Source: Paraspadella gotoi (lineage: Eukaryota; Animalia; Chaetognatha). From it: a stretch of 64,000 nucleotides of DNA. This document shows, one piece after another, positions 1 through 21,664 of the stretch. The notes under the pieces are model-generated. The model was given only the letters and a program-made list of their open reading frames with translations. It made no database searches and was not told the origin of the DNA. The stretch is taken from assembly GCA_051294375.1 (NCBI GenBank), contig JBJCIZ010000239.1:6033074-6097073 (forward strand), read 5' to 3'. The position numbers and the translations under genes were made by a program. Position 1 is the stretch's first letter, and each line of letters starts with the position of its first letter.

Positions 1-879
1 CCTTTCCTTTCCTTTTACATCCATCTTTTTTCCTTTCCTCCCTTCCTCCCTTCTCTGGAGTCCGGCACAAATCGGTTCCGACGGCGAACAAAGGAATCGA
101 GAAATAAATTGGATTCGATTGCGGAGGTGGACGTCTTTTGTTTCTTCCATGTCGTGAATCGAGAGCGAGACTCGCGGGAGAAGAACTCGCGCTCCTAGCG
201 ACATCTTTGGAGAATTTTTTTTTTTTCAATAAAGAATAAATGATCATTCCAAGCGGATTTTGTTTGTTTGTTTGCGTCATTTACTATAATTCAACTTTAA
301 CAAGTGTTATAGCATTTTATTAGTTTCCAAATTATAATTTTGGATAGTATTATTCCCATCTAAATCAAGACGATGATAACAGTGAAGCTTGAAAGAAAGA
401 ATTACTGGCCTCATTTTTCCAAAGCGCCCCATTTCATCTAAATTTGATATTAAGTCATTTTTTAAAGGTATGGGTAATGGATTGGGTTATGAATTAGTTT
501 AAGGATAAAGGTTAGGGATTAGGTAAGTGATTAGAGATAGGGTTAAGGTCAGGGTCAAAGATTATGTAAGACGAAGAGTTAAGGATTAAGATTTAAGGTT
601 AAAAAAACAAATTAGGCTTAAATATAAAGGTCAAAATTAAATTTAGGGATAGAGAAACCGAATTGTGGCGGTTTGGGCAAAGAGAGCCGAGTGACGATGA
701 CTGATAGTATCAGATAGTATAGAGAGAATAGATAGATAGATAGATAGATTTCTATATTTCTTTCTTTATTTCTTTCATTCTTTTTTTTTTTTTCCTTATT
801 CTTCCTTCTTTTCTGCTCCTTCATTTATCTCTTTTTCCTTTTCCTTCTTTCCTTCCTTTCTTCTCGCTTTAACAATATC

Positions 880-6578
<5,699 letters not shown>

Positions 6579-7040
6579 CATCGAGTGAAGATATCGAGCG
6601 ATTGACATTAAATGATAGACAACAAGGCAACAACGTAAATCTAGTGACAGAAAAACGAATTATATAGTGACAGACATTAGTGATAGACATAAGGATAAGC
6701 ATCGTGTTACAGAATTCATGAAATCTGCCTCGCAGTTGGAGAAATTTAGTAGCAGAAATGAGAATTCTAACAAATACTACCCCGTAATTCTTTTCTTTTT
6801 ATCGAGAAAGTTTAATCTAGATGTTGAATTTAATCTTAAAAGGGAAAACAAGAACAGGATAATCTTTTTATTTATCTTATTTATGAGTAGATTAGGATCC
6901 TTTTTTCTTTGTTTATATTATCTCCATTTTTTTTTTTTTTTGGCAAAAGTTTGGAAAGAAAACGATTTGACTCTCGCCTGATTTTTTTCATCTCCACGAT
7001 GTTTCGGAGAAAATGTAGTTTTTTAACTAAAAAAAATGAC

Positions 7041-7113
<73 letters not shown>

Positions 7114-7191
7114 CTCTCTCTCTCTCCTCCGTATTTATCTCTCTCTCTCTCTCTGTCTGTCCGTTCCATGTTTTTTCTTTCTTTCTTTCGT

Positions 7192-7222
<31 letters not shown>

Positions 7223-7623
7223 GTCTCTCTCTCTCTCTCTCTCTCTCTCTGTGGAAGGAAGACTTGAAAAATAAACCGAATATGAACAGAAAAAAGGAAA
7301 CGTCCGCTAAAGATGAGAAAACTTTACGATTTTTTCATTTATGCTTGGTTGAATTAATTCCCGATTCGTCATNNNNNNNNNNNNNNNNNNNNNNNNNAGA
7401 GAGAGAGAGAGAGAGAGAGAGACGAAGATCTAATTCTGCCCGGGCAGCAATCAATGTTTATGAGCAGGCTTGCGGCTCCCGGGCTTCGCGCCAAATAGAT
7501 TAACGAGTGGACCAAAGAAAATGGCTGAAAGCTTCGTCTCGCTCCGTTTCTTAGGAGAGGATCTCGCAGAAATGAGTGCGTGCGAGAAAGATAAACAGGC
7601 TGGCGGGCTGGCTTTCTTTCTTG

Positions 7624-7722
<99 letters not shown>

Positions 7723-7909
7723 TTTCTGCTTCTTTTTCTTGTTTGTTAGATGTTTCTTTCTTTTCGTTTTTATTTTGTTCTTTCTTTCTTTCTTTTTTTC
7801 TTTCTTTCTTTCTTTCATTCTTTCTTTATTTCTTTCTTCTTTTTTTCTTTTCTTCCTTCTTTTCCTCCTCTCTTTATCTCTTTCCTTCTTTCCTTCTTCT
7901 CCTTTTATC

Positions 7910-9857
7910 TCTTTCTTGGCAACGAGCGAGGAATTTCCCAGCAAAAAAAAAAAGAAAGAAAATGTATGATGTATGAAAGTACTTCTCTTTGCCAGCGATC
8001 GCCTACGGACTGCGCCCCCCTTTTTTTCCTTCTTAACTCCGCTACATTTCTTTTCCCTTTTCCTTTCCTTTTTCCTTTTCAACTCCGCCACATTTNNNNN
8101 NNNNNNNNNNNNNNNNNNNNNNNNNNNNNNNNNNNNNNNNNNNNNNNNNNNNNNNNNNNNNNNNNNNNNNNNNNNNNNNNNNNNNNNNNNNNNNNNNNNN
8201 NNNNNNNNNNNNNNNNNNNNNNNNNNNNNNNNNNNNNNNNNNNNNNNNNNNNNNNNNNNNNNNNNNNNNNNNNNNNNNNNNNNNNNNNNNNNNNNNNNNN
8301 NNNNNNNNNNNNNNNNNNNNNNNNNNNNNNNNNNNNNNNNNNNNNNNNNNNCCTTTCCTTTTTCCTTTTCAACTCTGCCACATTTGTTTTCTTTTTTCCT
8401 TTTCCTTTCCTTTTTCTTTTTCAACTCCGCTACATTTGTTTTCCTTTTTCCTTTTCCTTTCCTTTTTCCTTTTCAACTCCGCTACATTTGTTTTCCTCTT
8501 TCCTTTTCAACTCCGCCACATTTCTATTTCTTTTCCTTTCTTCTTTCCTTTTTCCTTTTCCTTCTCAACTCCGCTGCATTCCTTTCCTTCTTCTGCTTCC
8601 TTTTACCTCCACCCCCCCATCCCAACTCCCCCCTTTTCCTCCTTTCGCCCACTCCCCCCCCCTCCTCCGCGCAAAGAGAGAGGGGGGGAACCGGGGTTCG
8701 GAAGGGAGCAACTCGCTCACGCGCCATCACGTGAAAAAGCGCGGCGGGGGAGAATTCATTCACGCCTCATGAATTTTTGAAATTCCGCCTTTTTTTTCTT
8801 TTTTGAAGAATCGAGGCGTTTGGCGGGGGTAGAAAAAAAAATGTATCCCGGCAAGAAGTGAAAATAAAAAAAAAATACGCCGGAATGTGTGAGAAAAAAA
8901 TATCAGAGATGGGTAGTATAATTTATGAAAACCTTACGAAACAAGTAGCGGTGGTCTCGTACGACAATAGTTTTCCTTGGAATATTTTATTATAAAATAA
9001 TCACGCGATTTTCCGAGGATAAATATTTTGAATATTAGTCATATCTTTATTCATGGCATATGGTACTACAGTTTCTATTAAGATAATGTCTTGTTATGTT
9101 ATACATAAGTCATACGAATTTAAAACAAACGTAGGAAATTCTGACAGACCGACCGACTGAAAAGAGAATCTAGTTCTTCCACGAGGAATCGCAGCGCAAC
9201 TAAAAAAATTTTTTTCGGCCGAGAAGAATATCACGACAGGGCAAAATAAAAACCGGTAGAATTTGGACGGCGCTTGTTACTATTTGCGTGTGCGTGTGCG
9301 TGGGTGCGTGTGTGCGTGTGTATGTGTGTGTGTATGTATGTGTGCATGTGTGTGATATCTTTTAATTCACTTCTTTTGAATCTTTAATTCGTATATCTAT
9401 TATTCCGATCATTCATTTAAATCTTTTCATTCTTAACATCAATAATTATAAAGTGACTGAGACAGATAGTGAGANNNNNNNNNNNNNNNNNNNNNNNNNA
9501 AACAAACGTAGGAAATTCTGACAGACCGACCGACTGAAAAGAGACTCTAGTTCTTCACGAGGAATCGCAGCGCAACTAAAAAATTTTTTTTCGCCGAGAA
9601 GAATATCACGACAGGGCAAAATGAAAACGGTTAGAATTTGGACGCGCTTGTTACTATTTGCGTGTGCTGTGTGGTGGGTGCGTGTGTGCGTGTTGTGTGT
9701 GTATGTGTGTGTGTATGTGTGTGGTGCGTGTGTTGATATCTTTTAATTCACTTCTTTTGAATCTTTAATTCGTATATCTATTATTCTGATCATTCATTTT
9801 AAATCTTTCATTCTTAACATCATAATTATAAAGTGACTGAGACAGATAGTGAGAGTG

Positions 9858-9952
<95 letters not shown>

Positions 9953-10570
9953 TTTTACATGATAATTCTTCGACCGAAACGACTGACCACTGGTTGTGCG
10001 AATCATTCAGAATTCAGATTTTCCTTTCACTAAATATTTATCATTTGTCATTTTGGTGCAATGAATACAATTGATTATTCATTTATTCAATAAACAAGCT
10101 TTTTTGCCACTGATTTCGAACAGCTATTGCCAAGCTATTTACCTCGTACAAGATAATAACATAGCGGGACCCGGCAAGCTTTTAATCAGTCTAGTTTAGT
10201 TAATCTCGGAGTTCTTGGCTTCCCTCTCAAAGTCAAAGAAGTAATATAATATTTTTTAAATGTTTAAATGGTGTAAAAGGTTTGGGGAATACTCTCCGAT
10301 ATTCCTCACTCGTATCAAAATAACAAGGGGCAAATTAGTAAAACCAATATAAAAATTATCCAATTATACGTCATCCTGTATTCCTACTTATGTATTTAAT
10401 ATTAAATATTAATTAAAGCGAATTATATCCAATCCGAGATGACGCATGGCGAATCCATCGGAAAACGATTATGGGGAGTAATCTTCGTGAGGAAGATCGA
10501 CTGAATATTGCATTTGCAATTTGCGGAAAGGAAAAAAAATGGAGAGGAAAACGAAAGAGATAGATGGAAG

Positions 10571-10662
<92 letters not shown>

Positions 10663-12542
10663 GATAATGTTTATTGTTGAAATTGAGACCGCAAAACAAA
10701 ATTTATTGAGGTTTCGGTACTAAATCGAATAAATTATGTTCCTGAATCCCTGAAGTTAACATAATGTCTCATCCTGGAAAATCTCTATTCCAACCCATAA
10801 TCCCTTGCTTAATCCCGAACCCAGTCCCTAACCCTAATCCCTAACCTAAATCCAAAAATAACCCTAACTCTTAGCATAATCTTTAATTCTAAAAAACTAA
10901 CCCAACCCAGAAATGAGCTTTTGAAAAATACGACTGCCGTTTGCCATCGGTTTTCTTCGATTCGAAAAATTTAGGATATTTGATCTACCGACCGAGAAAT
11001 TTGAATAGAGAAAAAAAATAAATGAATTAAAATGGAATTCTATGCTAGATTATTAGGTTCGCCGCAACTTTTGAAAGCATCTTTTTTCAGTTGGTCCGTC
11101 TGTCGGGATATCTCGATTAAGTTTTAAATACTAATAACTGTTTTATTTATAATTATCTTATTTGATGAAAGAGATATGTGACATTAGATGTTAGTTAAGG
11201 ATTTCACCGGTGGGGGGGGGTACGCAGGATTCCCCCCCCCACATGTACTCATGTGATCATTTCGAAATGCGTCTACCAAAAAAGAAAACTTACTGCGATG
11301 CCTCACCTTAAAACATCCGATTCTTCTTTTTTCTTAATAACTTATGTTTCTAAAAATAAAAAACCCTAGCAAAGTGGCGAAAAGGGAAAACGGGACTGGC
11401 AAAGTGGCAAGTGGCAACGATGGCGCCGCTCCACGCAATTTTCGAATCTGGCCAAAAAAAAAAAATTTTTTTCCCGGCGAAATCGTAATAAAAGTCGAAC
11501 GCAGAAGTTTCCCCAATTCTTTTTACTTTTTTTTGGGGTTTTCTTTTTCTTCTACTTTTCTTTTTCTTTTCCTCTACCTTCTTTTTCCTTTTTCTCTTAC
11601 TTATATTTTCTTTTCTTCTACTTTTCTCTTTCTTTTTCCTCTACTTTTCTTCTTCATTTTTCCCCTACTTTTATTTTTCTTTTTCTTATACTTTTCTTTT
11701 TCTTTTCCTCTACTTTTATTTTTCTTTCTTCTACTTTTCTTCTTCTTTTCCTCTACCTTTCTTTTTCCTTTTCCTTTACTGATATTTTTCTTTTCTTATA
11801 CGTTTCTTTTTCTTTTTCCTTTACTTTTATTTCTTTTTCCTCTACTTTTCTTTTTTTTTTTTTTCTACTTTTCTTTTCTTTTTCTTCTTTTTTTTGGGTA
11901 AAAGTCTCTAAAAGTCCTTTTCCTGCTAAAAGACAAAGTTATTTCATTTCTTTGAAAACAATTTAATGTATTTCCTGATCACTTCACTATGTTTTTTTTA
12001 AATTATTTATATCACTATCATTCTAGATAAAGCTAAAAAACGACTTTTTCTATCAATTATTTAAATCAATTTACTCAATAAATATTCGCGCCGCTTCGAA
12101 TCATGAAAGCGACGTTTTTTCCCCCTCCCCCCGCGAGTACATCGCGTTATAAATAGAAATTTTGTTTCCAATTTCATTCCTTTTCAATTTTTTAACTCAT
12201 TTTATTTTTTCCCGTTTTGTCTACTTTGCGATTTAAATTTCTTTCCTTCTTTCTTTCTTTTTTTTCTTTCTTTCTTTTTCCTTTTCTTTTCTTTTCTTTC
12301 TACTTCCATTTTCACGCATCTAATTTTTCTTCCTCCTTTTTCTTCTTTATTTCCGCCTCCTTTATTTTCTTCCCCCCTTTCTTTTCATTTTCTCTTTTCA
12401 TTTTTCGACGCCATTTAAATCTTTTTATTTTTTTATTTTTTATTTTTTTCTTTTTCTCTCTTTTTTTTGGTTTTTGTTTGACTCAATCGAAAGAAAAAAA
12501 ATGGGAAAAGTTGAAATTTTGACCCGACGAGAAATATGTGAG

Positions 12543-12600
<58 letters not shown>

Positions 12601-12986
12601 GAAGTGGAGATAGATGAGAAAGAAGGAATGAAAGAAAGAGAGAAAAAAAAAGAATGAAAGAAAGAAAAAAGACAGAAAGAAAGAAGAAAAAGATTGAAAG
12701 ATAGCGAGAGAGAAACAGAGAGAGTGAGAGAGAGAGAAGAGAGAGAGAGAGAAAGAGAGACAGAGAGACAGAGAGAGAGGTAGAGACAGAGGACAGCGGC
12801 GTTTGTTTGTATTTTTGGAGGGGGGGCGACACAAGTGACTGTTACCGTGAGGCCTGCGTTTAACGATTGCGGGAAAAAAAATTTTCTTTCTTTTACTTCG
12901 TTTAATGAAATTGAGTTGAAGATTAGGATATCCCAGGTGTAAAGTCAGTTTAATATACGAAAAAGTAACAAAAATAATAATGTTTT

Positions 12987-13041
<55 letters not shown>

Positions 13042-13382
13042 ATCATGAATTACCTTTAATTTACTAGGTTAATGTCTTTCTAACCTGCGTCTTTCTACGA
13101 GAAACCAAGCAATAAAGCAAATATATAGCAAGCTTTAAAAATTCATATAAAAAAAATAAAATTTTTTTCTCATCCATTTAACGAACAAATTTTATCATTT
13201 ATCACGATTCGAGGATTTCTCCTTTTCCCTTTTAAATCCTTTTTTTTTTCCATTTAGATCCATTTTTCATCGGATTTTTGTCCATTTTTCATTTTTTTAG
13301 ACGGAAACCGAGATTCGCTCAACCAAAGGAATTGGAGTCCCTTCGCACTACAGGTTCGTCTCTTGTGCCAAGAGTGTGATAA
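7910..13382 (+). repeat. Copy 2 of the direct duplication
   Basis: See copy 1. It also repeats ~9120-9474 as ~9499-9855 across a short N gap. Confidence 0.92.
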
Positions 13383-16229
13383 CTCTCTCTACTCTGTCCC
13401 TCTAACTCACCCATGGCCCGGCGACGTGGGCGCCTACGAGTAAATGTTGCTCGGGATTCGGAGGATTTCTTGCGCGTTTCAGAATTCGTAGCCCCGCAGA
13501 TTCGACCGTGTCGGAATAGCGGGACCTGAGAGGGCGGAAGTTAGGCGTTGAAGGAGGAGATCAGGACTATGAGAGGAGGAGACGAGAGAGAGAGCACGAA
13601 TAGGAGAGAGAGCGGGAGAGGAGCAGAGATGACGAGAGAGGAAGATAGGAGGAGAAGAGAGATGAGAGAGAGATAGTTTTTTTTTCCGTGTGCGAGACAA
13701 GCACGGGAACTCTAGGGAACCTTCGTCCTAACCTCGGTGCATAATGGATTGTGGAGCTCGAACGGAGGTCTCTGAAACTGTGGGTGTGAATGAATTTAGA
13801 GAGTTTGCGGGGTAGGCGAAGGAGGTTTGGAGGGAGAATGGTGTCTTCGAAAACTGGGCAGGTTTTAAGGATTAGGGGAGAGAGGAGGAGGAAGAGACGC
13901 AGTGAGTGCAGTAAGGCCGGGAACAAGACATCAGGGATCAGAGTGAGTAAAGCGTTTAAGCTGTTCCTTGGAAAAACATTGGCGGAAGGCGAAGGGTAAG
14001 TTGAAATCCTGCCCTTGACGGAACGAGCGAGAGGTAACTGAACTCGAGGTCTCGGAAATGGATCATTATACGTGAAAAAAAAACTTAAAGTTTAATAGAA
14101 AATGAGAAAGTTAAAAGCTGATAATCAGATTATTAGTAGGTAGAGATTTAATATTATGAGTAACGCAGTACAGGAATACGGGTTGAAATGAATTACACCA
14201 GAATCGTCATCTAACATGAAAACAGATTTTGGAATCCACTACAAAGAGCTAGTGTACAACTGACCTTTGTATAGACCCCATTTTTCACGATATTCGAGCT
14301 GATACCTCGAACCATTTCATTCCGATGCGAATCACTTCGTTTAACAAACTTTTAAATCCGCCCAAATTGACGCCACTGTTGAATTCAACGACGCACGCAC
14401 GACCCTGATTTAAAAAGTCTGCCTCTCCGGCGCTGGAAATCAGTAAACCTCTATCAGCGGCGCTGCGTACGTAATCCAAATCGAGGCGTATGGGCGGACG
14501 CCGCTTTTCGCGATATTAAGGCGTGGGCGCCGGGCCATCTTGGATTCGCCCCTTCTCCGCCCTCTCGTCGCCATTCATTCTGCTGCTGGACCTTCGTCCT
14601 TCTTCGCCTTCCGCATTCTGGCGTCGCATTGGGCGACGCGCCCGCCCAGGATTCACGCCGCGTCATGAGGATCCGACGTCGCATTTGGACGACGGCCGTT
14701 TTGACGCGTAGAATTGGAATCCTTAGGATGAATTTTGGTAAATTTAAACAATAGACGCCATTGTTCTTCTGAGAGGCGACATCATTTATAGATTTATAAT
14801 CATTCAAACAACAATTCTTGACCATTATATCCTAGCCTCTAATCTCTTTCTAAAAGTTTATCTAGATGATTAAACCGTTAAGCCTACCCAACCTAATCCC
14901 TAACGCCTAATCCCGCATCCCCATCTCTTAACTCTTAATCAAAACTCTAATCAACCTCTTAATTCTAATCCTATGAAACCCTAATCACCATCTTCGCGTC
15001 GCGATCCCTAACCCCATAATCCAAAATTATTAAAACTAAAAAACAAACCTAATCCCGTAATTCAAGTCGAAAATAAAGGCAGACATAATTTTTTTCTCTA
15101 TAATTAACCATCCTTAATTAAAACCTCCCAATTAACCGTAAAAGTTTAAGTTTAATGGATGAGCAAACAAGTAACGTGCCGAACGGCATTAAATGCTCAG
15201 TTGCCTTGAAACTATATAGTACGATTGAAAGCAAGTAAAAATCAAATATGGATCCCAGAAGTAGAATGAATATACGAGGGGCTTTAATGACGTTAACGAG
15301 AGAGTTTATCTTTTATATTTCACGTTCCAGACTTCTTAGATAAACTCAATACAAAATTTGATGCACAAATATCACTAGTATTAATCATCTTTTGGAGAGA
15401 TTTAAGAAAGGGAGAAAAAAAAGAAATATTTAGAGAATTAATTAACGCAATTTTAGAAGAATATATACTCTCAAGAAACACGAACAATAAAGAATCTTAA
15501 TCAGGAATTTTTTATGATAATAAATAATATAAGTTTAAAGAACAAAGATTAAGACAGTGGTACGTACACGACGCCAGAGAAGACGGAACGAACAGACCGA
15601 CGACACGACGACGACGTAACGACGACGACGGACTAATTACTCCATCCTAATTCTATGTTCTCGCCCGAAACATCGTCTATCAATCCTCTCCGTCAACCTC
15701 TTACATGGAGGGTAGAGGGGAGGAGAGAAAGAGAGATGGATTGGAAGGAAAGAAGGAAATACAGCGACATCGAGGAGATGAGAGACGAGAGAGAGAAGAA
15801 GAGAAAAAGAGACAATAGCAAACATCCCGCGCTAAAGTCACCTGCGTCCCTGTCCTCCCGCGCACTCCCCCCCGGGCGTACTCTCTCGAGAGTCAAACGT
15901 TTCTTTTCCCGCAAACTTTTGCCACCCAAAAAAAATAAAAAAAAAAAAATGGAGAAAGAAAAACATAAACAAAGAAAAAAAGGATGCCTAATTTCTCAAT
16001 AAATAACGATAAATAAAAGGATTATCCTTGTTTTTTTTCCTATTAAGATTAACGTTCATAACATTCTATGTCACGGTAGATTAAACTTTCTCGTAAAGAT
16101 CAAAAATTACGCGGGTAGTATTTGTTTAAGAATTCTCCATTTCTGCCTCTCAAATTTCGTCCAACTGCCTGCGAGCCAGATTTCATGAATTCTGTTAACA
16201 CGCATGCTTTATCTCTTATATGTCGTATC

Positions 16230-16733
16230 ACTACATGTCTGTCACGTATATAATTCGTTTTCTGTCACTAGATTTACGTGTTGCTTGTTGTCTATCATTT
16301 ACATGTCTATCGCTCGATTATCTATGTTCACTCGATGTTTATCTCCTAATGTCTATCCACTAGAGTTCGTCTGTCACCATAATAACTCGACTTTCTGTCA
16401 CTCGATTTATCGTTGTTGCTTCGTTGTTCTTATTCATTTAATGTCTAATTCGCTCGATATCTATCACTCGACTGTTTAATCTCCTAATGTCTATCACAAA
16501 ATGTCTTGTCACTATATATACTCGATTTCTGTCACTAGATTTACGTTGTTGCTTGTGTCTATCATTTAATGTCTTAGTCGCCTGATATCTATCATCGATG
16601 TTTATTCTCCTAATGTCTATCACTAAATGTGCTGTCACTATTTATAACTCGATTTCTGTCACTTAGATCGTTGTTGCTTGTGTCTATCATTTAATTGTCT
16701 ATCGCTCGATATCTATCACTCGGATGTTTATCA
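16230..16733 (+). repeat. ~120-bp minisatellite, about 4 noisy copies
   Basis: Recurring gtcactagatttacgttgttgcttgtgtctatcatttaatgtc. An inverted copy of 16010-16340 lies at ~6575-6900. Confidence 0.75.
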
Positions 16734-17607
16734 NNNNNNNNNNNNNNNNNNNNNNNNNTTTTTTTTTTTTTTTTGGCAAAAGTTTGGAAAGAAACGATTT
16801 GACTCTCGCCTGATTTTTTTTCCATCTCCACGATGTTTCGGAGAAAATNNNNNNNNNNNNNNNNNNNNNNNNNTGTTGCACCCTCCAAACCCGCCACGTC
16901 CCCTTTCACCGTTTTTCCGACCGCTGCTCAGCCACTACTGACCCACCCTCTTTATATATTTCTTATCACCTCAATCCACCTCCGTGCCACCTCACCTAAT
17001 TGTCTCTCCTCTAACGGCGAACCATAAAAAAAAGGACTCGAATTCATTCGCGGAGAACGACGTCGAACGCCAGTTGGCACAATTCCGCTCCCGACGTCCA
17101 TGATCGGCAGCGACGCGCCCGCTGCAGAAAATCTCATTGTGACATATAAGAGATCCGATTTCGATCCCGCTTCGTAAGTCCCTCCCCGACGGCTATTATT
17201 CAAGTTATCCGCAGAAGAAACCGCTGTGATTGAAGAGAGAGGAGAGCACTAGGCAGAGAAGGCACTCTCCTCTTTTTTTACATTTCGCCGTCTCTCTCAT
17301 CTCTCTCCCTCCTCTCTCCTCTCTCTCTCGTCTCTCCTCTCTCCTCTCCTCTCTCTCTCTACTCATCTTCTCCCTAGTGTTCCACCGTCAGAGTAAAATA
17401 CGTAAAATAGGAAACAAAAGAGGGAAAAAATCCTGAGAATTTTTCAGTTGTTATTGCTCCTTACTATCTTTTACTCTGCATTCATGATTTCTATTCTGCT
17501 GGCAGCTCTCTCCATCTCCTAGCTTTCCTTTTGCTCTTTCCATATTTATCTACTCTCGCTGCATCTCTCCTCTCTCTCTCCTCTCTCTCTCTCTCTCTCA
17601 ATCTCTC

Positions 17608-17641
<34 letters not shown>

Positions 17642-20600
17642 TCTCTTCTCTCTACTCTCGCCTCCCTATCCCCCCTCTCCTCCTCTCCCCTCCTCACTCG
17701 ACGAAGCCGCAAAAAGATGTTTTCCCCGTGTCAAATTGATGGTGCGCAATCATCACGTTTGTAGTCAATCCATGTTCGAAAAGAATCGATGCAGTTAATC
17801 GGGTCTGAACTTACCCGAACCAGAAAACTGACACTCGCCTCTGCTAACCTCACCACCACGCCTCCCTCGACCTCGGCATATCTTTCCTACTCTCCCACCC
17901 AGAATTCGATTTTCAAGATTGCGCCCGAAGAACGGCATTCGCGTCACTCCGGGCGTGCACCCGGGAACAGTTGATCGCCCGGATATGCTCGACGTCCGGA
18001 TCACCGTTGACGCGGTATGAAAATTTTATCCAGACGTACGCCGAAACGAGGAGCGAAATTCCTTTTGAAATCTTTTATAAATCCTTGAGAGAGAACGCCG
18101 GCGGAAATGGAATCCGACCTTTACGTATCGTGATACATGCTAAAATAATGCCTTCAGCGTATCACCGAAACTCTCTTCAGAACCCGGTTACGTATCAGCA
18201 GAAAAATTCTCCGACCGAGGCTTCTCCCTGCGTAACGAAAACTAAAACAAATATGCTACATAAAAATATCGCTACGTATACACGCGGAGTTCCAGGAACG
18301 TCACTACGTCTCTCTTTGGATCACTCGCAACTCTTTGGAAATGTCGTGAAATTGATTGCGACAGTGTCAACATTCCGCCGGTCTCTCCTCTCTCTCCGAA
18401 CTCGACTTCACTGCAGAAGTGATTCTCATCACGTTCACAAATATTTATTTGCAACTTCCTACTTCCAGTTCACGCCACGTTAGCGACGGTGGAATTGCAG
18501 GGTTTTTTTCTTAAATAGTCTTTTATCTTATACTTTTAGTTCTCTACATCTTTTTCCCAATTTTCTTTAATATATCCTTTCTTTTTTACGCCCATCTTTT
18601 GTCCCATCTCTCGTCCCATGTCCTGTGCCGTCGGGGCGTCAATCTTCCCACATCTCTTCGTCTTATCTCTTTTCCCATCCTTATTTCCCTATTTCTTTAC
18701 GATACGCATCTCTTACCACATCTCCCTTTCCCATTTCCTCTGTTCTCCGTTCTGTTCTTCTTTCCTAACCATACTCTACCCACATCCCACAAGCAATCTC
18801 GTTCCCATCCGCTATCTCCCATCTCTCCCCATCTTCTCACTCCAATCTTCTTTCCAGTCTCTTCCTCCCCATCTCCCCCATTCTCCTTTTTTCCTCATCC
18901 TCCACAGATTCTCGACAGATTAACAATCTCTCCAATTTTTCTATTGCCATTCCTTTCGACAGCCGAATGAAGACACCGCCTCCCTCCCTGCCTAAAACCG
19001 CTTCAAAAACCTAAGGACCGTACCGCCTTCAAACCTCATTTTGGCTCCTACTATCCCTAGGCCTCCTCCCTCCCTGCCTAAAAACCGCCTTCAAACCAAA
19101 AGTCGCCTTTCAATACTCCATTTTGTCCGCTTTCAGCTCCTACCTTCCCTGGCTAAAAACCGCTTTCAGAACCTAAGTCCGTCTCCTTTAAACTTTTCGT
19201 TTCGTCCATCAGGTTTCCTCTTACCGCTTCTCAAACTTTGCATACTTTTTAAAAAATTTTCTTGCTTAAAAACCGCTTCCAACTTGATTTCGTACTGCGC
19301 TTAAAAACTCACATATTCGGCTTTCAAAACTACCTCCGCAAAGCTTTTGGGTTTATCTTTGTACTCCTACAAAACTAACTTTTCCGCATTTTCAATTCTG
19401 CCACTCGAAAAATCCAGTCCATATCACGCGAGATTCATAACTCTTACTCTCTCTCATCTCTCTCATACTCTCTCTCTCTCTCTCTCTCCTCCACATCCCT
19501 GCCATCTTTCCGCAAATATTTGTCCCCCTCCGACTCTAATATATTCTCTCTCCGCCAAAAGAGATTATAAACCCGCGCCGAATTTTCAATTCTATACCCG
19601 GCCAATTTCTTCCGTCTTTTTATATGTCAAAACGCGCCGCCCACGGTTTTCGAGCAATGTTGCTTCTCAAAAAACTCGTATGTGCTGCGTCAAGTTTTAT
19701 TTTGCCGCCACTTAACGTCGCGTCGTCTTTTTGCGTCAATCTTTACTGTTTTGAGGTAAAATGTTATATTTATTTTGACGCGCCCGTATACTTTGATTTA
19801 CGAAGTTGCCCCCGTTCGGTTTTACCCAAAGAAAAAAAAGCTTTGGGAAAACGGGGCGGGGTTTTTCCGCTTTAAAAAACGTTTCATTTTTCAGCTTATA
19901 GATTTGATATTTTTTGCAATAATAAGTTGTGCCCGCCAAACAAAATTATTTAAAAGTAAAAAAAAAAAAAAAAAATATAATTGAAATAAAATTTGAGGCT
20001 GAAAAAAAAATTTTCGCTTGAATTTTTTTTTCTAAAATTCATTTATTTTTTATTTTACTTTCAGCTCCGGTCTTAAAAAAAGAAGAGCCATTTTTAACTT
20101 CGAGCTCCAGCGTCAAACCGACTCGACTCGGACCAGCCCCACCCTGTTCTCTCGTTCTCTTCCGACTCTCTCGTTTCGAAGCCATTTTTTCAATGCGTTT
20201 CTTTATAAGCTACGGCGTTAGCGGCACGCCGATTCGACTTCCTCGGTTTTTAGCGATTGATATTAAAATTTTGGACACGATGAGGCACGTTAAACCGGAA
20301 ATATCTCTCGTCTTTAATTGATCGAGAGTTAAGTTAAAGTTTAAATACACCTATCTTTTATCAAAACTATCGCTCCAAACAACAATAGTTTCGTTAGTAT
20401 CGGGGAGAACAAAAAGACCTTATTACATTTGGCTTTTCCACCCAAAAACAAATTACCAAACATAAAAATGCAAAAATCGCCCTTTTTTTTTAAAACAAAA
20501 AAAGGAATTATTTTTTGAAAAATGTTCATCTATACTATTTCATTAAGTTTTACTGCTAGTTACTGTTACACGGCAAAAAATTAATAAACAATATGATTTC

Positions 20601-21664
20601 ATTGTAATGAGAATGTCATCAAATTACAGGTTCATATTACAGTCCCACAGATATAACGAGCTTTTAAGAGCGCACTATAATTGTTTGAAAGCGCTCCTTA
20701 ACCTGTTAAGTGTCTGCGTGTTTAAGCCCAAGGGACCCGTCATCTTGGATGCTGGATAAAGGAAGCGGTATAAAAATTATGAGCATACTAGTCTTCAGCT
20801 GCACTTTAAACCTTATATTAATTTTTAATCTGTATTATTAAAAAAAAATTTATTTAATTTCAGAATTCAGAGGCAAAAAGGTTTTTTTTAAAATATTTAC
20901 AATCAAAGAATTTTTTATTATTTAAAAAAGAAAATAAACATGTTACGGCTATAATTCAAGCCTTCCTCAGCACCAAAACGAAATTAAAGTTGAAATAGGA
21001 CCCTTTGGGAAAATAGTGGGAAAGAGGAGCGTTCAATCGAGTCTCCGTCGGCCACCGGGAGGATTGAAAGGCCCCTCGGGATCGAATTTCGTTTCTTTTG
21101 TTTTCTTTGTTTTTTTTTTTCTTTTCGGATTAAAAAAAAAAAAAGGATCGAATTGCGTTTTTTTTTAATCTTTTAAAATCCCCGACGAAAAAAAGGAAAA
21201 AAAAAGAAAGGAAATGAAATTCAAAAGAACATGAATAAACAAACAACGAAAACTGACCACCTGAAAGAAAAAGTTATAGCATCTTAACTCTTTCTCCTAT
21301 TTTTATGAACAAACATTTAAAATGATACAAAAAACCTGTTAGTTTTATTCACACACACTTTTTAAAGCTTTTCATTAATTCCGCATACCAATAATAAAGT
21401 TGTAGCAACTTGCCAGTTTCTCCTGAAGATCTGGAGGACAAAAAGCTTTCGCGAACCAAATGCCATAAATGTTACGCCGTTGTTTCTGACCCACTTCGCA
21501 GACACTTAAAGGCAAAAAAACCAAAACCTTTTGAAGGTTTATCAAGGGGAGTCAACGAAATAGTTGTTCTTCAAGGTGCAACAAAAAAAGTCGATCTGAA
21601 AAAAAATTCGCGTGTCCGATGCTAACTTGAAAGAACAATCTAAAGCTTGGCTTGCTGCTGTGAG

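Noticed and set aside
13400-18480. GC-richer patches that might be exons (14450-14720, 17050-17175, 17900-18150)
   Set aside because: No recognisable protein motif, and the region appears indel-rich, so no frame can be supported.
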